A DNA stretch of 32,000 nucleotides. Origin: Nostoc sp. PCC 7120 = FACHB-418. GTDB lineage: Bacteria; Cyanobacteriota; Cyanobacteriia; Cyanobacteriales; Nostocaceae. The stretch covers positions 120,001 to 152,000 of the forward strand of contig NC_003272.1 in assembly GCF_000009705.1 (NCBI RefSeq), read 5' to 3'. Made by a program: the position numbers and the translations under genes. Below the pieces are notes generated by a model. That model did not search any database. It worked only from the letters and a program-made list of their open reading frames with translations, and had not been told where the DNA came from. Shown one piece after another: positions 27,532 to 32,000 of the stretch (its first letter is position 1; each line of letters starts with the position of its first letter).

Positions 27532-28440
27532 ATGTCTACCCAACCGATAATCGAAAGTATATACACTGATGGTGCTTGCACTGGCAATCCTGGCCCTGGC
27601 GGCTGGGGTGTAGTTGTCTATTTTAGTGATGGTTCAGTTCACGAAATGGGCGATGCTGCCAAGCATACCACCAATAATAAGATGGAAATGCAGGCGGCGA
27701 TCGCCGCTCTCAAATTTCTCCACGACTCCGGACAAGCTGAACCCATTACCCTCTATACCGATAGTGAGTATCTAATTAACTGCGTCACCAAGTGGGTAAA
27801 AGGTTGGAAAAAAAAGGGTTGGAAAAAATCTGATGGGAATCCAGTTCAGAATCAAGACCTTCTAGAAACTTTAGATGAATTAAATAGCCGTAAGGTAAAT
27901 TGGCATCATGTTCGAGGTCATTCTGGCAACATCGGTAACGAGCGTTGTGATGTGATTGCTCGCTGTTTTGCAACTGGTAGAATGCCCTCTCTACAACAGT
28001 TATCTCCCCGTCATGCTCATAAATCTTTACCTGACATCAGTAAAATAAATGTAGTTAAAGTACCTGATCATGTTACAACCTCTACAATAGTTCACAAAAC
28101 GACACAAGAAATCAGTACTTCTGCGTCAAATATCAACACTATGGAACCATCTACCGCACACGTTGCGGCTACAATCGAGGAAAACCCGCCGGAAAAGCGG
28201 GTGGAACAACTCCGCAACTTAGTAGAAACTCTGCATATTGCAGACGAAATTGCGGCGAAAGGTTATTTAATCACTAGTTCTGAGTTGGCAGACTTAATGG
28301 ATGTCCACGCCAGTGCTGTTACTAGTAGGGGAGATCAGTGGCGCTGGCGCAACTGGATTGTTTCACGGGTACGCCGTGAGGGTAATCAAATTCTCTGGGA
28401 ATTAGAACGAGGCGATCGCTTGGGGGGTGAAGATGAATAA
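27532..28440 (+). CDS. rnhA: ribonuclease HI with a ~150-aa C-terminal extension
   Basis: The first ~150 aa form a complete RNase H1 domain with DEDD residues (YTDGAC, NNKMEMQAAI, LYTDSEY, GNERCDVIA). Residues ~151-302 are a low-complexity linker followed by a conserved-looking block: YLITSSELADLM...WRWRNWIVSRVRREGNQILWELE. Confidence 0.88.
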   Translation: MSTQPIIESIYTDGACTGNPGPGGWGVVVYFSDGSVHEMGDAAKHTTNNKMEMQAAIAALKFLHDSGQAEPITLYTDSEYLINCVTKWVKGWKKKGWKKSDGNPVQNQDLLETLDELNSRKVNWHHVRGHSGNIGNERCDVIARCFATGRMPSLQQLSPRHAHKSLPDISKINVVKVPDHVTTSTIVHKTTQEISTSASNINTMEPSTAHVAATIEENPPEKRVEQLRNLVETLHIADEIAAKGYLITSSELADLMDVHASAVTSRGDQWRWRNWIVSRVRREGNQILWELERGDRLGGEDE

Positions 28441-28502
28441 ATAATTGGGGTAGGGTCTTGGGAAAATAGAGGCAGGAATTATTGCTCTCTCCTCAGCACT
28501 CA

Positions 28503-29711
28503 CTATTCCTTGCTATAAGTTCTACCTCTCCATTCCCTGGGAGTGCGAAAAGCAGATAAGAAGATTCGCAGAACTGCTAAAGCATCGGCCAAGGGTGATA
28601 ACCAAAACAGCCAGCCAGCTTTAGCATTTTGACGGTCGTAGGAAGGAGCGATCGCCAATAGCATAGCAAAGCGAATCACCAGTAGAAATACATTCAGTCC
28701 CAATAACAACTTGACAGGCAACATTAGTTGCCAGGAATTAATCAGCAAGTAACCAGTTACAATCAATAAAGGTAAACCTTGTACTGCCGATAGTAACCAT
28801 AAATCTCCCCAAATTTGAGCGCGGGGAGAGGCATCTTTTAAATCAAGGCTGCGTCCCCATTCCTTCCAAGTTTCTAACGCCCCTTCATACATTCTCACTT
28901 TCAATACCTTAGCCCCGTCTAAAAAGCCCACCTTAAACCCTTGGGCGGCAATATGACGTGCCAACGTAACATCGTCACAAAAAGAGCTACTGGCGCTACT
29001 GTAGCCACCCACAGCAGCTAATACAGAGCGACGGCATAAAAAGCATTGTCCGTTAGCCATTACCCTTTCTGGTTGGTCTGTAGTAACGCCTGCGGGGTCA
29101 AATCTGTAAAGAAGAGTCATCAACAAGGCGGGTTGCAACAAGCACTCACCCGGATACTGAAGAATAAACTGGGGTGATAGGGATACTAAGTCGTATTCCT
29201 GGGCCTGGGCTATTTTCACTAAACTAGCAACTAAACCAGGATGGGGCTGAGTATCAGCATCCATGCCTAAGAACCATTGACTATCTTCCGAACTATACAA
29301 AAAGCCGTTATGCAATGCCCAAGGTCTTCCTACCCAATTAGAGGGCAAAGGATCATCATTGATGAGGCGAAAGCGGGGGTCTTGCTGCTGTGCAACTTTT
29401 ACTAAATCGGGAGTTCCATCTTGGGACTTACTGTCTACAACAATTACTTCCCGAACTTCGTAACTTTGGCGACTCAAACCAGCTAACAGAGGACTGATCC
29501 GCAGAGCTTCATTCAGTGTGGGAACAACAACGCTCACATTGCCCAAAAGTTCTGGTGTTGGTTGTTGAGGTTGAATTGGGGGTAACCGTCTTGGCCCCTT
29601 AAATAGACGAGACAGCAGAATTGCTGTTGCTGGCACTTGGATGAGTAGTAACAGAAGCGCCAAGGCACTTGCTACTGTCAAAGCGTTATCCACGATAAAA
29701 ATACTTTGCAA
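28503..29711 (-). CDS. cruG: family-2 glycosyltransferase with C-terminal TM segments, CruG-like (myxol 2'-O-glycosyltransferase candidate)
   Basis: 402 aa. GT2 core [10 protein letters not shown]...[12 protein letters not shown]...GMDAD. It lies directly downstream of, and co-oriented with, a CruF-like gene, matching the adjacent cruF/cruG pair recalled from Synechococcus PCC 7002. The symbol rests on context and is tentative. Confidence 0.5.
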   Translation of the reverse strand: MQSIFIVDNALTVASALALLLLLIQVPATAILLSRLFKGPRRLPPIQPQQPTPELLGNVSVVVPTLNEALRISPLLAGLSRQSYEVREVIVVDSKSQDGTPDLVKVAQQQDPRFRLINDDPLPSNWVGRPWALHNGFLYSSEDSQWFLGMDADTQPHPGLVASLVKIAQAQEYDLVSLSPQFILQYPGECLLQPALLMTLLYRFDPAGVTTDQPERVMANGQCFLCRRSVLAAVGGYSSASSSFCDDVTLARHIAAQGFKVGFLDGAKVLKVRMYEGALETWKEWGRSLDLKDASPRAQIWGDLWLLSAVQGLPLLIVTGYLLINSWQLMLPVKLLLGLNVFLLVIRFAMLLAIAPSYDRQNAKAGWLFWLSPLADALAVLRIFLSAFRTPREWRGRTYSKE

Positions 29712-29814
29712 CTGGAATCGTTACTATAAACAAAATTGTTTTTAATTTTGAATTAGGTATTAAGGAGTGCTGAGTGCTGAGTAATGAGTACTGTGAGGGG
29801 TAGCGGGGCTTTCT

Positions 29815-29870
29815 CCAGTCCCCAATTCCCAATTCCCAGTCCCCAGTCCCCAGTCCCCAGTCCCCAATCC
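29815..29870. repeat. STRR1 heptamer array (CCCCAGT / CCCAATT, about 8 units)
   Basis: Reads ccagtc cccaatt cccaatt cccagtc cccagtc cccagtc cccagtc cccaatc c, abutting the stop of the upstream gene. A TGAGTGC-type array lies at 29765-29797. Confidence 0.9.
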
Positions 29871-30782
29871 CTAATTCACAACCTTAATGCTGGCTATGGA
29901 GACTTCTTTCGTAGATGCTTCTACGCTGAGTTGGTCTGATGCAGATGAGCCTTTCCACCATAAAGCTAACGCTGGGGCTACACCTAGCACTATGCCTAAC
30001 AATACAGGGATAGAGAAGCCTGCTGCCAAGCTCATGACGGTAGCAAAACCAAAGTTACCTAAATAAACTATTAAAGGTACATTAAGCTGCGATCGCTCAA
30101 ATTTGATCGGATTATTTCTCCACAACACAGCAGCCACTGTCATGAATACTGCACCTGTACCCAACCAACCAGCAAAGTTCTGATAGGGCATTCCAAAGAA
30201 GGGGCCTGGTTGTTGCCAATACCAGAAAGGTAAGGAAGTTTGGCTCATAGCAGGGTCAAGCACAAAATCCCATGAGGTGAGTAGTAATGAACCCAAGCTA
30301 ATAGCACCGATATGGCGTAACAAGGTGGGTTTTTTATCTACCTCTAAACCAGCACGCCCCAACAGGTATGAGGAACATCCTACATAAAACCATGACAAGG
30401 GAATTGTGAACGGTACTAGACCAGCAATTTTATAGCCCAAGCCACTTAAATAACTGTAGTGACCAAAAGGAAAGCCTGTGCTGGTTCCTAACAGTTCACT
30501 GGTTAAGGATATTAGTACAGCAGGTAGCATAAAACCCAAAGTACGACCTAACCCTAATGTGCGTAGGGCATATAAAAATACGGCCGCTGCACCCAAAATC
30601 ATGTAAACTACACCACCACCAGCCATACTCCACTGCATGGCTGTCTGTCCAAACTCAGATAGATGGAACAGTACCTCGGCATTGGGTACAACTAGTAGTA
30701 TCCCTACTAGTCCAAAAAACATCGAGACGATATGACCAATAAGGCATATCCGCTCTGCAATAACAATTTGTTTCATGGTCAT
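29871..30782 (-). CDS. cruF: integral-membrane carotenoid biosynthesis protein (Caroten_synth/DUF422-like), CruF-like carotenoid 1',2'-hydratase candidate
   Basis: 303 aa, about 8 TM. The block [32 protein letters not shown] is typical of this family. Adjacency to the GT2 gene supports a cruF-cruG pair. Confidence 0.5.
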   Translation of the reverse strand: MTMKQIVIAERICLIGHIVSMFFGLVGILLVVPNAEVLFHLSEFGQTAMQWSMAGGGVVYMILGAAAVFLYALRTLGLGRTLGFMLPAVLISLTSELLGTSTGFPFGHYSYLSGLGYKIAGLVPFTIPLSWFYVGCSSYLLGRAGLEVDKKPTLLRHIGAISLGSLLLTSWDFVLDPAMSQTSLPFWYWQQPGPFFGMPYQNFAGWLGTGAVFMTVAAVLWRNNPIKFERSQLNVPLIVYLGNFGFATVMSLAAGFSIPVLLGIVLGVAPALALWWKGSSASDQLSVEASTKEVSIASIKVVN

Positions 30783-31209
30783 TCCTTGAACACGATGTGA
30801 TACTTACTTCGCTACTCGGCTGCTAATAGTTTACAAATGTTTACTAAAATATTTAACTAGTTTTTACCGTAATTCTCTGCAAAAGTTGTTTAAACTTTTG
30901 TCAGAGACTGACAACCTATTGATTGCATATAGAAAAAATAGGATGATAAACTAATAGTCTAAGCGATCGCAGCCAAAATCCATCCAAGCAAATTAGGTTT
31001 TTTGCTGGTTTCTAAGTACAGTGTGCTTCTTGTCGTATTTTTAAACCAGACAACCATAACAAAAATTGCCTTGACAGGAAACAGATTCTTGAATATTGGA
31101 TGAACCTCACCTAAGTAAGTATTACAAATGTATAGTAATCCGATTTGATTATTAAACAAACTTAAGTATTACAAATATAGATTGCTCTGCTAAATAGCTA
31201 TACCCACCC

Positions 31210-31659
31210 ATGTCAATTTTGAATAAACTCCCTTGGACAGCCATAATGCTACTACTGTTGAGCTACAGCACTTTGGGTTGGGTCTTGTCCGAGATGAAAG
31301 CCCCTTGGGCTGTCTGGGTTATTCTTCTGCTGGCGATATTTTTCTTGGTAGGAAGCATCACTGCCCCTTATCCGAAGATAGCTAATTACTCTAGTGTTTT
31401 ACTTGCTTCCAGTATTAGGAGTTTTTTCGTTGCTGTAGCCGGAGCATTCTTATTTTTTATAATGATAGCTTGGTTTCGAGTGTTTCTTGATACATTACTT
31501 GTCATTTCTGCCGCTCTCTTAGCAAGAATCGACTTCCAATCAGATGGGTTTACAGAATGGCAAGCTTTTATAGCTACATTGATTGTTTCAATTGCTGGGG
31601 TAGGATTAGGAGCATTTACAAATATGCTGTTAACCCAAAAGATAATGTTAGGTTTGTAG
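31210..31659 (+). CDS. hypothetical 4-TM membrane protein
   Basis: 149 aa with four clear hydrophobic helices. I recognise no motif. Confidence 0.5.
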   Translation: MSILNKLPWTAIMLLLLSYSTLGWVLSEMKAPWAVWVILLLAIFFLVGSITAPYPKIANYSSVLLASSIRSFFVAVAGAFLFFIMIAWFRVFLDTLLVISAALLARIDFQSDGFTEWQAFIATLIVSIAGVGLGAFTNMLLTQKIMLGL

Positions 31660-31704
31660 TAGGCGCTCCATACCAAATTTAAGAACTAAAGTATTGACTA
31701 CAAA

Positions 31705-31730
31705 CAAGGTGAGCATGATCGCTCACCTTG
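31705..31730. terminator. 10-bp-stem hairpin between convergent genes
   Basis: caaggtgagc (31705-31714) pairs perfectly with gctcaccttg (31721-31730), loop atgatc. It lies 5 nt beyond the rpmA stop. Confidence 0.55.
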
Positions 31731-31735
31731 ATCGT

Positions 31736-32000
31736 TTAGCTAGCTACTGCTTCTGCTGCGGCGGCTGGGTAAACGCTAACTTTCTTGCGGGATTTGCCTT
31801 TGCGTTCAAAGGTAACTACACCATCAACCAAGGCAAACAAAGTATCATCTTTACCGATGCCAACATTGTTACCAGCGTGAAACTTGGTTCCACGTTGACG
31901 CACGAGAATGTTACCTGCAATAACGGCTTGTCCGCCAAAGCGCTTTACACCCAGACGCTGGGCGTTAGAATCACGACCGTTGCGTGTACTACCTGTTCCT
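31736..32000 (-). CDS. rpmA: 50S ribosomal protein L27 (5' end outside the window)
   Basis: My own minus-strand translation gives [87 protein letters not shown]. It is not in the ORF track. The stop is TAA at 31736-31738. Confidence 0.93.

Noticed and set aside
1147-29870. Heptamer arrays as possible CRISPR repeats, coding microsatellites or mobile-element ends
   Set aside because: They are 7-bp tandem units with no spacers, are strictly intergenic, and match the known STRR families of heterocystous cyanobacteria.
30959-31159. 66-aa minus-strand ORF in the cruF upstream spacer
   Set aside because: It lies in an AT-rich region with no recognisable motif or ribosome-binding site. I kept it as noncoding promoter region, though a small protein cannot be excluded.

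Overview
The window looks like a chromosomal segment of a filamentous, heterocyst-forming cyanobacterium (Nostoc/Anabaena type). Three things support this. The HIP1 octamer GCGATCGC occurs at least 24 times by eye. All three classical STRR heptamer families (CCCCAGT, TGACCAA, ACTGTTG) sit in intergenic spacers. The gene content is photosynthetic (psbB-psbT, chlP, rpaA, cruF/cruG-like).

Most of the window is ordinary housekeeping: secD-secF, pdhB, cysA, chlP, rpaA, rpsA, psbB-psbT, a peptide-type ABC binding protein plus one permease, rnhA, and a partial rpmA.

Two small accessory-looking blocks interrupt it:
- 4838-9402: a Uma2 nuclease-like gene, an orphan intrinsic terminator, a 1119-aa LRR-Roc-COR (Roco) GTPase with an uncharacterised C-terminal tail, and a convergent XRE/AT-hook regulator.
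- 15284-19271: a PEP-CTERM protein, a Tat-secreted DUF839/PhoX-like protein, and two tandem Uma2 genes.

The Roco block is my best candidate for an undescribed sensor/effector system, but that rests on domain architecture and context only. I saw no transposase, integrase, CRISPR array, tRNA or rRNA. One real gene missing from the ORF track is psbT (21546-21653, minus). All motif calls come from reading the translations, and no database search was possible.
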